Below are positions 25,970 through 36,854 of a stretch of 64,000 bases of DNA, one piece after another. The position numbers and the translations under genes were made by a program. The stretch comes from Terriglobia bacterium. GTDB lineage: Bacteria; Acidobacteriota; Terriglobia; JAIQFV01. The stretch covers positions 9,649 to 73,648 of the forward strand of contig JAIQFY010000009.1 in assembly GCA_020072965.1 (NCBI GenBank). The letters run 5' to 3'. The notes under the pieces were generated by a model. The model was not told where the DNA came from. It searched no databases and saw nothing but the letters and a program-made list of their open reading frames with translations. How positions within the stretch are numbered: position 1 is the stretch's first letter; each line of letters starts with the position of its first letter.

Positions 25970-28900
25970 CTACTTATTCTTTACCGGATAGGCCGGGCGA
26001 TTCACCTTCCCCGGAGGATTTTTGCTGAGTTCCTCCATGACGACTTGAATCGCCTTTTCCAGTTGCGGGTCACGCCCCTGGATAACATCCGCCGGTGTTT
26101 GCTCCACCTCGATATCCGGCGGAACGCCAATGTTCTCGACCACCCATCCTTCATCGGTCCAGATCGCGAGGTTGGGTGCAGTCACAAAACCCCCATCCAT
26201 CAGGACCGGAAATCCCAGGATTCCCACCAACCCACCCCAGGTCCGCTTGCCGATGAGCTTCCCGATATTGAATTTGCGAAACATCCAGGGCAGCAGATCT
26301 CCCCCCGAGCCGGCCGTCTCGTCAATGAGCATCACCTTTGGGCCCTGTATCGAAGCTGACGGAGTTTTGAGATCCGCTCCGTACCGCATGGCCCAGTAAG
26401 CGCTCACGGGTCGCCGCAGGATGTCAATGTAGTAATCCGCCACCGAACCACCGCCATTAAATCGCTCATCCACGATAATGGCGTCTTTGTGAGACTGTGG
26501 AAAAAAGTAGCGTTTAAAGTAGGTATGACCCAGGGTGCTGGTGTTCGGGACGTAGACATAGGCCACGCGGCCTCCTGTCGCTTCATCCACTTTCTTGAGG
26601 TTCCCTTCCACCCAGTCCCGATTGCGCAAGGCTCCTTCGTTGGCGATGGGGACCACAGAGACGGTGCGGGCTCCCGTCCCGTCGGGATTGGGCCCGACCG
26701 TGATCTCAATGATTTTTCCTGAGGTATTTTCAAACCGGCTGTAAAGATCCGTCGGCGGATGCAAATCCCTACCCTGCACGGCAAGCAAGTACTCTCCGGC
26801 CTTTACGTCCACACCCGGTTCGGTCAGGGGGGAACGGAGTTCCGGATTCCAGTTGAGACCCCCGTAGACCTTCATGAAGCGGTAGCGCCCTTTCTCGATG
26901 GAGTAATCGGCTCCCAGCAAGCCGCCCGGGACGTTCTTGGGCTGAAAGAGAAAGTCTCCACCGCCGACGCGATGGTGTCCGACTGAAAGCTCGCTGAACA
27001 TCCATTGCATCACCCGGTTCAAGTCGCTCCTCGTCACCGCGTGCGGCAGGAACGCCGCGTATTTCTCCCGCATCGCATTCCAATCCACCCCGTGCATGTG
27101 GGGATCGTAAAAGTAATCGCGATTGATCCGCCAGGCCTCATTGAAGATCTGGCTCCATTCTGCCCGGGGATCGATGCGCACCTCAATCGCATCCGTGTTC
27201 AGCTTTCCCTGGCCCGGCGTGATCTTGCCTGTCGTCGGGACAACGCCGTAACTCTCCTTCGAAGAATAGAGCAGTTTCTTCTTATCGAAGGAGAGCTGGT
27301 AGTCTCTCACGTCGGTCATGAAGGATTCGTCTTTTCGCTTGGTTAGATCGTATTGATGCAAGGTCGTCTTTTCGCTGTCCCCCGGCCCGAAAGCTGACTC
27401 TCCCCCGGGGGCGCCTTCAATAAAATAAATCTGCCCGGTTGTTCCGGCCTGCAGGTTGCGATAATTCCCCGCGGGAATCGGGAGGTTCAGGATGCGATGG
27501 TTGAGCCCTTCGAAATCAATGGAGAATGGTTCAGCGGGCTTGGTGGCCTCTTTGGGTTTCTCTTCTTTTGGCTTCTCTTCTTTCTGTGCTCCCTTCTCCT
27601 CATCACTCTCCTTGGCCAGCGGCGAGGGAAGGTCCTTGCGCAGGACCGCCAGGTAGAGCGACCGCGTGACGCGCATGTCGGCATTCGACAGGGCAAACCA
27701 TTCTTTCACCGGGCCGGCATCGGTGGAACTGAAGAAGTAGAGGTATTTTCCGCTCTCATCAAACACCGGCTCGCTGACTTCGCTCAACCCGTCCGTGATG
27801 GCGAAGGACTTGTCCTGATCGATGGAGTAAACGTAGACCGACTGAATGTACGCCTTGCTGTTCAAGGTATAGGCAATCCACTTGGAATCCGGAGACCAGA
27901 CGTGGTGAATGGTCTTCGCGCGGCCAGGCCCATAAAGATATTCCGAACCGATCTTCTTTGAGATGCCAGTTTTCAGATCCAGCCAGTACAAGCTCCACGA
28001 GTTGTCCGTGTAGGCAATTTTCTGATTGTCGGGAGACCACGCCAGGTCCTCGTAGAAGCCCGCCCCCGACAACTTGATTTTGCGGACCTCCCCCTTGCCG
28101 TCCTGATTGCGGATGTGAAGTTCATATTCACCCGATTCGTCCGACAGGTATGCGATGGATTTTCCGTCGGGAGACCAAGCGGGAGACCGCTCGTTGGCAG
28201 CGGCCGTATTGGTTAGATTGCGGGGATCCCCTTTCTCTGCGGGTACCGTAACGATTTCGCCGCGAAATTCAAATACGGCCCGGGCCCCCGAGGGAGAAAT
28301 GGCGGCGGCGTGAATGTACTTTGACCCCTTGACATAGCGCGGCCGCGTTTCCACCAGGTCCGCGGACACACCCACCGTCAGTCGGGTACTCTTCGAGGTT
28401 CCGGGATCATAAAGGTGGAGGTATCCGGCTTGTTCATAGATGATCTGCCCTCCTCCCATGGATGCCGCCAGTACCGGAAAGTCCTTATGAGAGGTCAGTT
28501 GCTTGATGGCCTTAGTCTTCAGATCATAGGAAAACAGGTTGAAATCCCCGTTCCGGTCGGAACGGAAATAGATCACGTCGCCCATCCACATCGGATCTAC
28601 GTCATTCGACCGGCCCTCGGGTTGAGGAATCTTTTCGATGGAATGGTCGCTGAACCGGTACAGCCAGATCGTAGACGCCGTTCCTCCCCGGTAATGCTTC
28701 CACTCATTGAAGGCCTCATAGAGGGGGTTGTAGGCCATGCGGCTGCCATCCGGCGAGTAAGTGGCCTTGAAGGCATGAGGGATCTCGAGCGGCTCTTCGA
28801 TTCCCCCTTTGACCGGGACGGTGAATAATTGGGTGTAGCGTCCGGTATAAACAGCGCGGGGAGAGATAAAAAGCACCTTCGAGCCATCGGGTGTGAAACC

Positions 28901-29329
28901 CTGGACGATGTCGGCCCCGGGATGCCAGGTGAGGCGTGTGGGGACTCCGCCGGTCACGGGGACCACATACACGTCCGTGTTGCCGTCGTATTGAGCGCTG
29001 AAGGCGAGCAGCGAACCATCGGGTGAAAACGCCGGGTTCGACTCCACTCCTTCATCGGTGGTAAGGCGCTGTACACTCCTTCCGTCCAGGCCTGCTACCC
29101 AAAGATCGCCGGCATAGACAAAGGCGATATGCGTCTTGCTGACAGCCGGTTGGCTCAGCAGTCTCGTGTCACGAATGTCCGGACCCTGGGCTGCGGAGAA
29201 AGTTGACAGGAGAAGTAAGAGGATCACGATGAACACCATGGAAAAAACACGAGCGGAAGCTGTTTGCGGGATTCTCTGCATGGTTTTTCCTTTCATGATT
29301 CCGCGCTCTGAGGTGAATGATAGCGGCAA
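25970..29329 (-). CDS. tricorn-protease-like S41 peptidase (N-terminal beta-propellers, PDZ, C-terminal S41 domain), secreted
   Basis: 1119 aa. Signal peptide. TolB-like repeat blocks (DGSLLAFSAQYDGNTDVYVV and SPDGKSIAYLSDESGEYELHI). C-terminal S41 block (DLRFNGGG...LIDETAGSGGDLL). Confidence 0.85.
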   Translation of the reverse strand: MPLSFTSERGIMKGKTMQRIPQTASARVFSMVFIVILLLLLSTFSAAQGPDIRDTRLLSQPAVSKTHIAFVYAGDLWVAGLDGRSVQRLTTDEGVESNPAFSPDGSLLAFSAQYDGNTDVYVVPVTGGVPTRLTWHPGADIVQGFTPDGSKVLFISPRAVYTGRYTQLFTVPVKGGIEEPLEIPHAFKATYSPDGSRMAYNPLYEAFNEWKHYRGGTASTIWLYRFSDHSIEKIPQPEGRSNDVDPMWMGDVIYFRSDRNGDFNLFSYDLKTKAIKQLTSHKDFPVLAASMGGGQIIYEQAGYLHLYDPGTSKSTRLTVGVSADLVETRPRYVKGSKYIHAAAISPSGARAVFEFRGEIVTVPAEKGDPRNLTNTAAANERSPAWSPDGKSIAYLSDESGEYELHIRNQDGKGEVRKIKLSGAGFYEDLAWSPDNQKIAYTDNSWSLYWLDLKTGISKKIGSEYLYGPGRAKTIHHVWSPDSKWIAYTLNSKAYIQSVYVYSIDQDKSFAITDGLSEVSEPVFDESGKYLYFFSSTDAGPVKEWFALSNADMRVTRSLYLAVLRKDLPSPLAKESDEEKGAQKEEKPKEEKPKEATKPAEPFSIDFEGLNHRILNLPIPAGNYRNLQAGTTGQIYFIEGAPGGESAFGPGDSEKTTLHQYDLTKRKDESFMTDVRDYQLSFDKKKLLYSSKESYGVVPTTGKITPGQGKLNTDAIEVRIDPRAEWSQIFNEAWRINRDYFYDPHMHGVDWNAMREKYAAFLPHAVTRSDLNRVMQWMFSELSVGHHRVGGGDFLFQPKNVPGGLLGADYSIEKGRYRFMKVYGGLNWNPELRSPLTEPGVDVKAGEYLLAVQGRDLHPPTDLYSRFENTSGKIIEITVGPNPDGTGARTVSVVPIANEGALRNRDWVEGNLKKVDEATGGRVAYVYVPNTSTLGHTYFKRYFFPQSHKDAIIVDERFNGGGSVADYYIDILRRPVSAYWAMRYGADLKTPSASIQGPKVMLIDETAGSGGDLLPWMFRKFNIGKLIGKRTWGGLVGILGFPVLMDGGFVTAPNLAIWTDEGWVVENIGVPPDIEVEQTPADVIQGRDPQLEKAIQVVMEELSKNPPGKVNRPAYPVKNK

Positions 29330-29409
29330 GTGTCCTTTAGCGCAGGACGGGCGAAGTGAGGGTGTCCCGTCCGTTGGGCGGCCGGATAGGCAGTGCTCCC
29401 GAATGAATC

Positions 29410-30393
29410 TTACCCCCGGGATTTGAACCAGGTCGCGTCCTCAAAATAGGGTTTCGTCTTTCCCTCCAACAGAGCAACCTCGGCTGGTTTCAGGGGTGAA
29501 AAGGATCGGGCAATCCGGATATTCTCTTCCAGGTGAGGAAGGGTATCAATGCCGATGATCACGGTCGACACCGGGAAGCTGAGCGTGTAACGCATCGCTT
29601 GCTCCATGGTGGTGAGACCGCCTTCCTTGAAGATGCGGCCCCGGGCCGGGATTTTCATCCCGATGATCCCCATTTTCTTCTCGACAGCCAGCGGGAGGAG
29701 ATTTTCGATGAAGCTGTTATGATGCCTGTCCGCCGCGTTGAGCGCCATGAGGATGGTATCGAATTCATACTGCTTGAGCGCTTTGGCCAGCACAAAGGGG
29801 TCGCGATGGCCGGTTATGCCGATGTACTTAATGATTTTTTCGGACCGCGCTTTTTCCATGGCCTTGATGACGCCGTCGGGGGCAAACATGCGATCGAGAT
29901 CTTCCTGTGATCCGACATGGTGAATCTGCCAGGCATCCAGGTGATCGGTCTGCAGGTTCTTCAACGTCCGATCCAGCAGACGCATGGAACCCTCGTAGCT
30001 GCGATCATGCGTCTTGGAGGCGAGATAGACCTCCTTCCGCCGGGACTTCATCACCTTTCCAATATAAGTCTCGCTGATGCCACTCCCGTAAGCGGCGGCG
30101 GTGTCGACATAGTTGACGCCGAGGTCGAGGGCTCGATTAATGATGGCCAGCGACACCTCCTCGGTTTCAGGCTGCTCCAGCGTCGATTGTCCGCCAAGAC
30201 TGAATAGGCACACGGAATGTCCGGTCTTGCCCAGAGGTCGCGTGGGCATTTTTGTTGAAGCGGGGCCGTCTGCCGCTTTCCCCCACACGCTCGACACTTT
30301 CCCTTCTCCCAATACGGTGATCCCCGCGACGGCTCCCGCTGTCGTTTTCAAAAACTTTCGACGATCCACTTTACGGCTCATGATTGCCTCCAA
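29410..30393 (-). CDS. aldo/keto reductase with twin-arginine (Tat) signal peptide
   Basis: SRKVDRRKFLKTTAGAVAG Tat motif. AKR blocks DTAAAYGSG and IKYIGITGH. Confidence 0.85.
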   Translation of the reverse strand: MEAIMSRKVDRRKFLKTTAGAVAGITVLGEGKVSSVWGKAADGPASTKMPTRPLGKTGHSVCLFSLGGQSTLEQPETEEVSLAIINRALDLGVNYVDTAAAYGSGISETYIGKVMKSRRKEVYLASKTHDRSYEGSMRLLDRTLKNLQTDHLDAWQIHHVGSQEDLDRMFAPDGVIKAMEKARSEKIIKYIGITGHRDPFVLAKALKQYEFDTILMALNAADRHHNSFIENLLPLAVEKKMGIIGMKIPARGRIFKEGGLTTMEQAMRYTLSFPVSTVIIGIDTLPHLEENIRIARSFSPLKPAEVALLEGKTKPYFEDATWFKSRG

Positions 30394-30412
30394 CGACCAT
30401 TTGAATTGTTGT

Positions 30413-30925
30413 TCAACGGATGATCGCGTACATCAGTTGATCAATATTTTCCCCATCCTTCACAACACTTTTTCTCAGCCGGCCTTCAAAGACGTAACCT
30501 GCCTTTTCGAGCGCCCGGGCCGACGCAGGATTCCACTCAAACACGCCGGCATAAAGACGCACAAGATTGAGGTGGGCAAAGGCATACTCTGTGGCTGCCT
30601 TCAGTGCCAGGGTGGCGATGCCTTTTCCCCAGAAGGGTTCGCCCACCCATAATCCGATCTCGGCCGATTGACGGTAGATGTCCCTCTGGGGGTAGAATCC
30701 AATCCCCCCGATGACCTCATTCGGAGAAGCGATGGCAAAGTGCGTTTCAGGCTTCTTTGCCAGGGCGTAGTGAATCCAACCCAGCGCGTCTTCCGTCGTG
30801 TATGGATGGGGAAAGCTATCCCAAAGGTTTCTGGCCACTTTCCAGTTGTTCGCGTACTTGACGAGCGCGACAACGTCCGTGATTTCAAAACTCCGGAGTT
30901 TCCATGGGTCGATTGGAATTTCCAT
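30413..30925 (-). CDS. GNAT-family N-acetyltransferase (RimJ/RimL-like)
   Basis: Acetyl-CoA binding block ...IGLWVGEPFWGKGIATLALKAATEYAF. Confidence 0.8.
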   Translation of the reverse strand: MEIPIDPWKLRSFEITDVVALVKYANNWKVARNLWDSFPHPYTTEDALGWIHYALAKKPETHFAIASPNEVIGGIGFYPQRDIYRQSAEIGLWVGEPFWGKGIATLALKAATEYAFAHLNLVRLYAGVFEWNPASARALEKAGYVFEGRLRKSVVKDGENIDQLMYAIIR

Positions 30926-31099
30926 GATTCTGCGTTTAAGGATGCGGAGGTTCGGGAGAGCCTTATAAAGATTTCAAAGATGTGAACTCCTCGCGCTGAC
31001 TCCCTCTTCCTTTGCCGCTCAGCCTTGCCTCCCCGCGATATGCTGGCGCGTCTTGATAGAAACGGCTGCAATGAATAGCGCTTGACGCGCCAAAGGCAC

Positions 31100-32335
31100 C
31101 TATTTAACACCTTTGAAGAGTAACCGCAACACTGGAGGGGTCATCAAGGTTGTGATCAATGTCATCACAATGACCACGGAATAGGCAGCAGCAGTAACGG
31201 TATGCAGTCGGAGCCCCACCAGCGCGACGATGATTCCCACCTCGCCCCTCGGAACCATTCCAAACCCGACGCGAACTGCGGCATGCACTCCCATCCGCCA
31301 GGCGCCCAGACTGCAACCAATGAGCTTGGTCGCGATAGCTATCCCCGAAATAACCAGGGCCGTGGTCATGATACCGCGATCCCGAAATGTTGTCAGGTTC
31401 AACTGTGCTCCCATGACCACGAAGAAAAAGGGAACGAGAAATTCGTAAAGGGCATGAGTTTTCTCTTCGATCCCCCAGGCCTCCCGTTGATCGGCGATGG
31501 CCAGCCCTGCCAGGAACGCGCCGATGATAGCCGCCATCCCAATATAACTGGCCGCGACGGAAAGCCCCAAACAGGCGAGCAGAGAAATGATGAACGCGGG
31601 GTTTCGCGAGTTCATCGAATCGAGGCGCGGCTTGATCCGACCGGCGACGCGACTGCCCCAGAACACCATGATCAGGGTAAAGGTCACAGCTTCCACGACA
31701 ACGAGTCCGATGGACAAATAGTTGACCTTGCCGTTGGACAGTGAACTCACGATCGCGAGCAGGATCATCCCCAGGATATCGTCAATGACGGCGGCCCCCA
31801 GGATGACGCGCGCCACTTCGGTGTCGAGGATATGCATATCGGCCATCACCCGAGCCGTGATTCCCACACTGGTAGCCACCAGGGCGGTCCCAATAAAAAC
31901 CGATTCGAGCGTGGAATGGCTCATCGCTTTCATGTAGACGAGGCCTCCCGCAAACGGGAGGACCACCCCCAGCACAGCGACCAGCGCTGCCCGCCCGCCG
32001 ACGCGAAACAATTCGCTCGGCCGGGTCTCCAGTCCCACTACGAACAGCAGAATGATGACTCCGATCTCCGCAATTCCCGTCGTCAGTTCCGAGGGCGAGA
32101 CGATCTTCAAGACGTAAGGACCCAGCAGGACCCCCGCCAGGATCTCCCCAATCACAGCGGGCTGCCGGACGCGCTCACACATCTCTCCGAATAGCTTTGC
32201 CGCGGCAAACATCAGGAAAAGCTCGAATAGGATTTGAGTTGAGTGTTCCACACAGCCCCTTTTAATGTGCGCTGCCGGCAATGACAGCGGCCTCAAAAGG
32301 CCTTGATTATCCTCACAGGTCTCCTCTTCGAACAA
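31100..32335 (-). CDS. cation:proton antiporter (CPA family Na+/H+ or K+/H+ exchanger)
   Basis: FAAAKLFGEMCERVRQPAVIGEILAGVLLGPYVL signature. 10-12 TM helices. Confidence 0.8.
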   Translation of the reverse strand: MFEEETCEDNQGLLRPLSLPAAHIKRGCVEHSTQILFELFLMFAAAKLFGEMCERVRQPAVIGEILAGVLLGPYVLKIVSPSELTTGIAEIGVIILLFVVGLETRPSELFRVGGRAALVAVLGVVLPFAGGLVYMKAMSHSTLESVFIGTALVATSVGITARVMADMHILDTEVARVILGAAVIDDILGMILLAIVSSLSNGKVNYLSIGLVVVEAVTFTLIMVFWGSRVAGRIKPRLDSMNSRNPAFIISLLACLGLSVAASYIGMAAIIGAFLAGLAIADQREAWGIEEKTHALYEFLVPFFFVVMGAQLNLTTFRDRGIMTTALVISGIAIATKLIGCSLGAWRMGVHAAVRVGFGMVPRGEVGIIVALVGLRLHTVTAAAYSVVIVMTLITTLMTPPVLRLLFKGVK

Positions 32336-32557
32336 GCGAATTCGGAGCCCTTGTCCTCAAGTCGAACGACGGACGCCAGAGCACTTGATCCAACCCGCCG
32401 CTGCTTATGAGGGGAAACATTCGCCGCCCAGCCATGGGAAAGTAGCATCTCTTGACCGCACATTCAGCTTGAGTCATTTCCGAGCAGGCAATTCGGGCCT
32501 TATCAGGAACGGCCCTTTTTTGACCTCTCCCAGGCATTTGGTTATAATGAGTAATAG

Positions 32558-34009
32558 TTGCTCCTGAGTTGGATTCCTCTTATGCTCTCTCCCATGAAAA
32601 AGCAGGCCCTGCTCGTTGATGATGAGGAGTCGATCCGGCATCTGCTGGTCGAGATCTTCAACGCTGAATTCGCGGACATCGAAACTGTGACGGCAGGGAA
32701 CGGCCAGGAAGCCATCGAAAAACTCCGCCAGAACGCCTACGACATCCTGGTGACCGACCTGAAAATGCCCGAGGTCGACGGCCTGCAGGTGCTTGAAGAA
32801 GCTCTCACACTGTATCCCGACATTGTAGCGATCGCGGTGACCGGATATGGCACCATCGAAACCGCCGTCCGGGCCATCAAGCTGGGAGCCTTCGACTACA
32901 TCACGAAACCCTTTGAAATAACCGATTTTCAGCTGACGCTCCGCAGGGCCATTGAGCAGAAGGAACTCCGTGAAGAGAATCTGGCGCTGCGAACACAGCT
33001 TAAGGAACGGTATAGTTTTTCCAACATCATCGGGAGCAGCCCGCCGATGCGAAAGATCTTCGACGCCATTGCGATGATTGGCCCCACCACCTCCACGGTG
33101 CTGATTACCGGCGAAACGGGGACCGGAAAGGAATTGATTGCCCGGGCGATCTATTACAACAGTTCCCGGCGGGAGCAGAAGTTAGTCTCCATCAACTGCG
33201 GCGCTATTCCGGAAACCCTGTTGGAGAGTGAGTTGTTCGGGCACGTGCGCGGCGCCTTCACGGGAGCGCATCAGAATCGAATCGGCAAATTCGAACAGGC
33301 TCACCGGGGAACGGTTTTTCTGGACGAGATTGGAAACATGAGCCCGATGCTTCAGGTGAAGCTGCTGAGGATCCTGCAGGAACGGGAATTTGAACGAGTG
33401 GGAGACAACCGCACCATTAAGGTAGATGTCCGCGTCATTGCCGCTACCAGCGCCGACCTGGCCACGCGCGTGGCGCAGGGAACCTTCCGTGAAGATCTTT
33501 ATTATCGGTTGAATGTGATTCCTATCGTTGTCCCGCCATTGCGAGAACGGCGGGAAGATATTCCCTTGCTCGCCCAATTCTTTTTGAAGAAGTATTCCGA
33601 CGGGCAGGGAGAACAGAAGGTCATCGCCCAGGATGCGATGCGCCTGCTCCAGAACTACCCGTGGCCCGGCAATGTGCGGCAACTGGAAAACGCCATCGAA
33701 CGGGCCGTGATGATGGTTCGTAATCGCAGCCAGATTCACATCGAGGATCTCCCGCCGGAGATTCAGGAGGCTCCCCTCGCTGCCACCGGGACTGTGTTCC
33801 AGATCCCTGAGGAGGGCATCTCGTTGGACCAGGTTGTGGAGGACACGGAGCGCCGTCTCATTATGGAAAGCCTTCAACGGCACCACGGAAACAAGCAGAA
33901 GGCCTCCGATTTTCTTCAGATGAACCGTACCACGCTCATCCAAAAGATGAAGCGCCTCGGAATCGAAACGCTCCCCGCAGATCCCCCCATTCCAGTAAAA
34001 AAAGACTAA
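32558..34009 (+). CDS. sigma-54-dependent Fis-family response regulator (NtrC-type)
   Basis: Receiver domain [13 protein letters not shown]...[16 protein letters not shown]+ domain [16 protein letters not shown] and GAFTGA. ESELFGH. C-terminal Fis HTH. The true start may be the internal [10 protein letters not shown]. Confidence 0.9.
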   Translation: MLLSWIPLMLSPMKKQALLVDDEESIRHLLVEIFNAEFADIETVTAGNGQEAIEKLRQNAYDILVTDLKMPEVDGLQVLEEALTLYPDIVAIAVTGYGTIETAVRAIKLGAFDYITKPFEITDFQLTLRRAIEQKELREENLALRTQLKERYSFSNIIGSSPPMRKIFDAIAMIGPTTSTVLITGETGTGKELIARAIYYNSSRREQKLVSINCGAIPETLLESELFGHVRGAFTGAHQNRIGKFEQAHRGTVFLDEIGNMSPMLQVKLLRILQEREFERVGDNRTIKVDVRVIAATSADLATRVAQGTFREDLYYRLNVIPIVVPPLRERREDIPLLAQFFLKKYSDGQGEQKVIAQDAMRLLQNYPWPGNVRQLENAIERAVMMVRNRSQIHIEDLPPEIQEAPLAATGTVFQIPEEGISLDQVVEDTERRLIMESLQRHHGNKQKASDFLQMNRTTLIQKMKRLGIETLPADPPIPVKKD

Positions 34010-34070
34010 AGTTTTTCCCCGGCCTGGACGTAATGAAAGGTAAGGGTCATGCAAGGAACTTCGCAGCGGG

Positions 34071-34394
34071 ATGAAAGGTGTCTCGGACTTGGTGGAACCA
34101 GGTGACGGCACACGGCGCTGCCAAGAGATTCAGCAAGAGGGTCAGATCAGATGCCCTATTCGCCGTCAATGGATTATGAACCACAAACAAAAAGCAGCAA
34201 AGGCATTCACCATGTTGACTGAAGAAAAGGCAGGCCACCGGAGTGCAAACCGGTCAACCTTCATCACCCGGTTTGAAGAGGATCGCGCGCTCCGCATTGA
34301 AAGATTGCGTCGTGCCATCGCTGAGGGAACTTACGCCGTCTCAGGAGAAGATGTGGCCGAGAAAATAATCAATCGCTTTATGCGCCATTCCTGA
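34071..34394 (+). CDS. FlgM-like anti-sigma-28 factor domain protein (likely shorter; start perhaps at internal MLTEEK)
   Basis: C-terminal RIERLRRAIAEGTYAVSGEDVAEKII matches the FlgM C-terminal helix pattern (..LK.AI..G.Y.VD.E.VA.K.I). Confidence 0.5.
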   Translation: MKGVSDLVEPGDGTRRCQEIQQEGQIRCPIRRQWIMNHKQKAAKAFTMLTEEKAGHRSANRSTFITRFEEDRALRIERLRRAIAEGTYAVSGEDVAEKIINRFMRHS

Positions 34395-34487
34395 ACCCCG
34401 GGAACTTCGGAAGTGGATGTCTCTTCCAGGACTGAATCGGGCCGCGACGGGCCTCCGGGCAGGGCGGGCGTTCCAGAAATCCCCCCC

Positions 34488-36107
34488 CTAGTGTCTAAAA
34501 TGTCGAATCCCGGTGAACACCATGGCGAGGTTTTTCTCGTCGGCGGCGGCGATCACTTCTTCATCCCGGACCGAGCCGCCCGGCTGCATTACCGCAGTAG
34601 CACCCGCTTTCGCCGCTTCGTCGACCCCATCCCGAAAAGGGAAGAAGGCATCAGATGCAACCACGCTGCCTGCCAGCGGGTGTTGAGCTTTCATCACGGC
34701 GATCTTCACCGCATCCACCCGACTCATTTGGCCTGCTCCGATCCCCAGCGTTTGCTCGCCGCGGGAAAAGACGATGGCATTCGACTTAACGTGTTTGACG
34801 ACTCGCCAGGCAAAGCGCAGGCTCTGCCACTCTTGATCGTCCGGCAGACGCCGTGAGACCACTCTAATTAACGGCTCATCGAGAAGTTTCGTGTTGCCGG
34901 TCTGCGCAAGAAATCCTCCATCGATCTGCCGAAATTCAATGTCCCGACTGGCAGGGGGTGACCCGCTCGAGTCGGAGGGAGAAGATGAATCCGGGGGCCG
35001 GGACGCCCGCTCGATCAGGCGCAAATTCTTTTTCTTTGAGAAGACTTCGCGGGCCTCGCGGGAATACCCCGGGGCGACAATCGCCTCGACGAAGATCTTT
35101 GCAACCTCCTCTGCCAGGGATTGATCGACCGGACGGTTAAAGGAAAGCACCGATCCATATGCCGAGACGGGATCGCAGGCCAGGGCGAGCTGATAAGCGG
35201 CGAGGGCTGTTTCCGCGGACGCCACGCCGCAGGGATTGTTGTGCTTCATGATCACCGCATTCGGCCGGTCAAACTCGGTCGATAATCGCCATGCCGAGTC
35301 AAGGTCCAAGAGGTTATTGTAAGAGAGCTCTTTGCCCTGGAGCGGCTCCGCGGTGGCGATAACGGAGCGCGCCTCCCTTCCGCTCCGGTAGACAGCCGCG
35401 CGCTGATGGGGATTTTCACCGTAGCGCAACTCACGGACCTTGTGCAATCCAATGAAACGGATCGCCGGAAACTCCCGGGGGTGACGTTTAATCCCTTCGC
35501 TGTCCTCCTCGCCGCTCCAATCGCTCAGCTCTTCCACTATCGCCGCATCGTAGCGGGCGACCTCCTCGTAGGCCTGTCGAGCCAGATGCAGGCGCGTTCC
35601 CAGGGAAAGGTGTCCCCCGGTCCTCTCCAGTTCCAGCAAAACATCGCCATACTGTTCGGGTGAAACCACCACCGCCACGTGACGAAAGTTTTTCGCCGCC
35701 GCACGCAGGAGCGCGACCCCGCCGATGTCGATATTTTCAACGAGTTCCTCCGGAGTCGCCCCGAGTTGCTCCGTCACGGACTCGAAGGGATAGAGGTTCA
35801 CCACCACAAGATCGATCGGGTCGATTCCCCGTTCCTTCAGGGTCCTCATGTGATTCGGATCATTTCGATCGGCCAGCAACGCCCCGTGAATGTGGGGATG
35901 CAGCGTCTTGACGCGCCCTCCCAGCATCTCCGGGGAACCGGTGACTTCGGAAACATCCCGGACTGCAAGGGAAGCACTACGGATCATCTGCGCCGTTCCC
36001 CCGGTCGAAACGATCCGGATTCCCTGGGCGGCCAGTCCGCGGGCCAAATCCACCAATCTGGTTTTGTCATGGACACTGATCAGCGCGCTGGATATTCGTG
36101 TTTGCAT
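34488..36107 (-). CDS. purH: bifunctional AICAR transformylase / IMP cyclohydrolase
   Basis: N-terminal [32 protein letters not shown] (MGS-like IMPCH domain). C-terminal AICARFT blocks. Ser/Pro-rich linker insertion. Confidence 0.9.
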   Translation of the reverse strand: MQTRISSALISVHDKTRLVDLARGLAAQGIRIVSTGGTAQMIRSASLAVRDVSEVTGSPEMLGGRVKTLHPHIHGALLADRNDPNHMRTLKERGIDPIDLVVVNLYPFESVTEQLGATPEELVENIDIGGVALLRAAAKNFRHVAVVVSPEQYGDVLLELERTGGHLSLGTRLHLARQAYEEVARYDAAIVEELSDWSGEEDSEGIKRHPREFPAIRFIGLHKVRELRYGENPHQRAAVYRSGREARSVIATAEPLQGKELSYNNLLDLDSAWRLSTEFDRPNAVIMKHNNPCGVASAETALAAYQLALACDPVSAYGSVLSFNRPVDQSLAEEVAKIFVEAIVAPGYSREAREVFSKKKNLRLIERASRPPDSSSPSDSSGSPPASRDIEFRQIDGGFLAQTGNTKLLDEPLIRVVSRRLPDDQEWQSLRFAWRVVKHVKSNAIVFSRGEQTLGIGAGQMSRVDAVKIAVMKAQHPLAGSVVASDAFFPFRDGVDEAAKAGATAVMQPGGSVRDEEVIAAADEKNLAMVFTGIRHFRH

Positions 36108-36161
36108 GGCTGCAGCCTCGGGGTGAAGGGTTGGTGTTGAAGAGTGTCAAGTTGGGAAGAG

Positions 36162-36782
36162 TTATGATTTGACCGGTTCGTTCGGAGCCGAATCCGTGCT
36201 CCGAACGGGGGCGGCTTGAAATTTGACGCGGTCGTCAACCAGCACAATCATGAAGGCAACACTGCTGCAGCGTTCCGATTTCTTGAGTTGTTCCGCCTTC
36301 TGGCTCACGAACTGCTCGAAAGCACCGAGGGACGGCAGACTGGAAGTATCGTGATAGGTCTCCCTGCAGTCCTTGAGATTCTCGTAGAGTTTCAGGATCT
36401 TGTTGTGCTCCTCTTCCGGCTTAAGAATCACCTCTTTGAAGAGGACCTCTTGGCCTCCGGAGGGTTTGGGCGGAGGAGGCGGGGCTGGGGCCTCCTGGAT
36501 CTCCTCGATGTGGATTCGTCTGTCGTTCCCCTCCTCCCGAGCCCGCATCCGGTTTCGCCACAGATCGCAAAAAAGCGAGAATCGCGAGGCCAATGTGTTG
36601 TAGCGGAAGCGTTGATGGGAGTTCAGTTTCTGGGTGTCGCCGTACTTCTTCAGAATTTTCTCGACACGTGAGCGCAGATCGACAGGAGGCTTCTTAGAGC
36701 CCCCATTGAAGAAAATCTCATATTCGATTTTAAGTTTGCGGATGTCGTCGGTCAACAAATCCAAATCTTCTTCGACAGTCAT
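36162..36782 (-). CDS. hypothetical protein with central poly-proline (APAPPPPPKPSGG)
   Basis: 206-aa ORF, charged, no family recognised. Divergent from selA. Confidence 0.5.
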   Translation of the reverse strand: MTVEEDLDLLTDDIRKLKIEYEIFFNGGSKKPPVDLRSRVEKILKKYGDTQKLNSHQRFRYNTLASRFSLFCDLWRNRMRAREEGNDRRIHIEEIQEAPAPPPPPKPSGGQEVLFKEVILKPEEEHNKILKLYENLKDCRETYHDTSSLPSLGAFEQFVSQKAEQLKKSERCSSVAFMIVLVDDRVKFQAAPVRSTDSAPNEPVKS

Positions 36783-36854
36783 AATCAGTTCAAAGTCTAG
36801 AATCTCGACCCCTTGGCGTCAATCAAAAAGTTGACACCTGAAATTTCAATATGA

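Noticed and set aside
25540-25970. 430-bp structured GC-rich intergenic region with nested hairpins, considered as a possible RNase P, tmRNA or sRNA gene
   Set aside because: No match to the conserved RNase P (GGAAAGTCCGGGCTCC / AGGGTGAAA.GGTGCGGTAAGAGCGCACC) or tmRNA (GGGG...CCACCA end) hallmarks could be seen by eye. Most simply a terminator zone for convergent hsp20 and tricorn genes. Left open at low priority.
33182-34111. 309-aa minus-strand ORF
   Set aside because: Antisense to the sigma-54 activator, which has Walker, GAFTGA and receiver motifs. No motif of its own.
35000-35100. Ser/Pro-rich insertion ([16 protein letters not shown]) in PurH as a possible anomaly
   Set aside because: It falls in the known variable linker between the IMPCH and AICARFT domains. 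Unremarkable.
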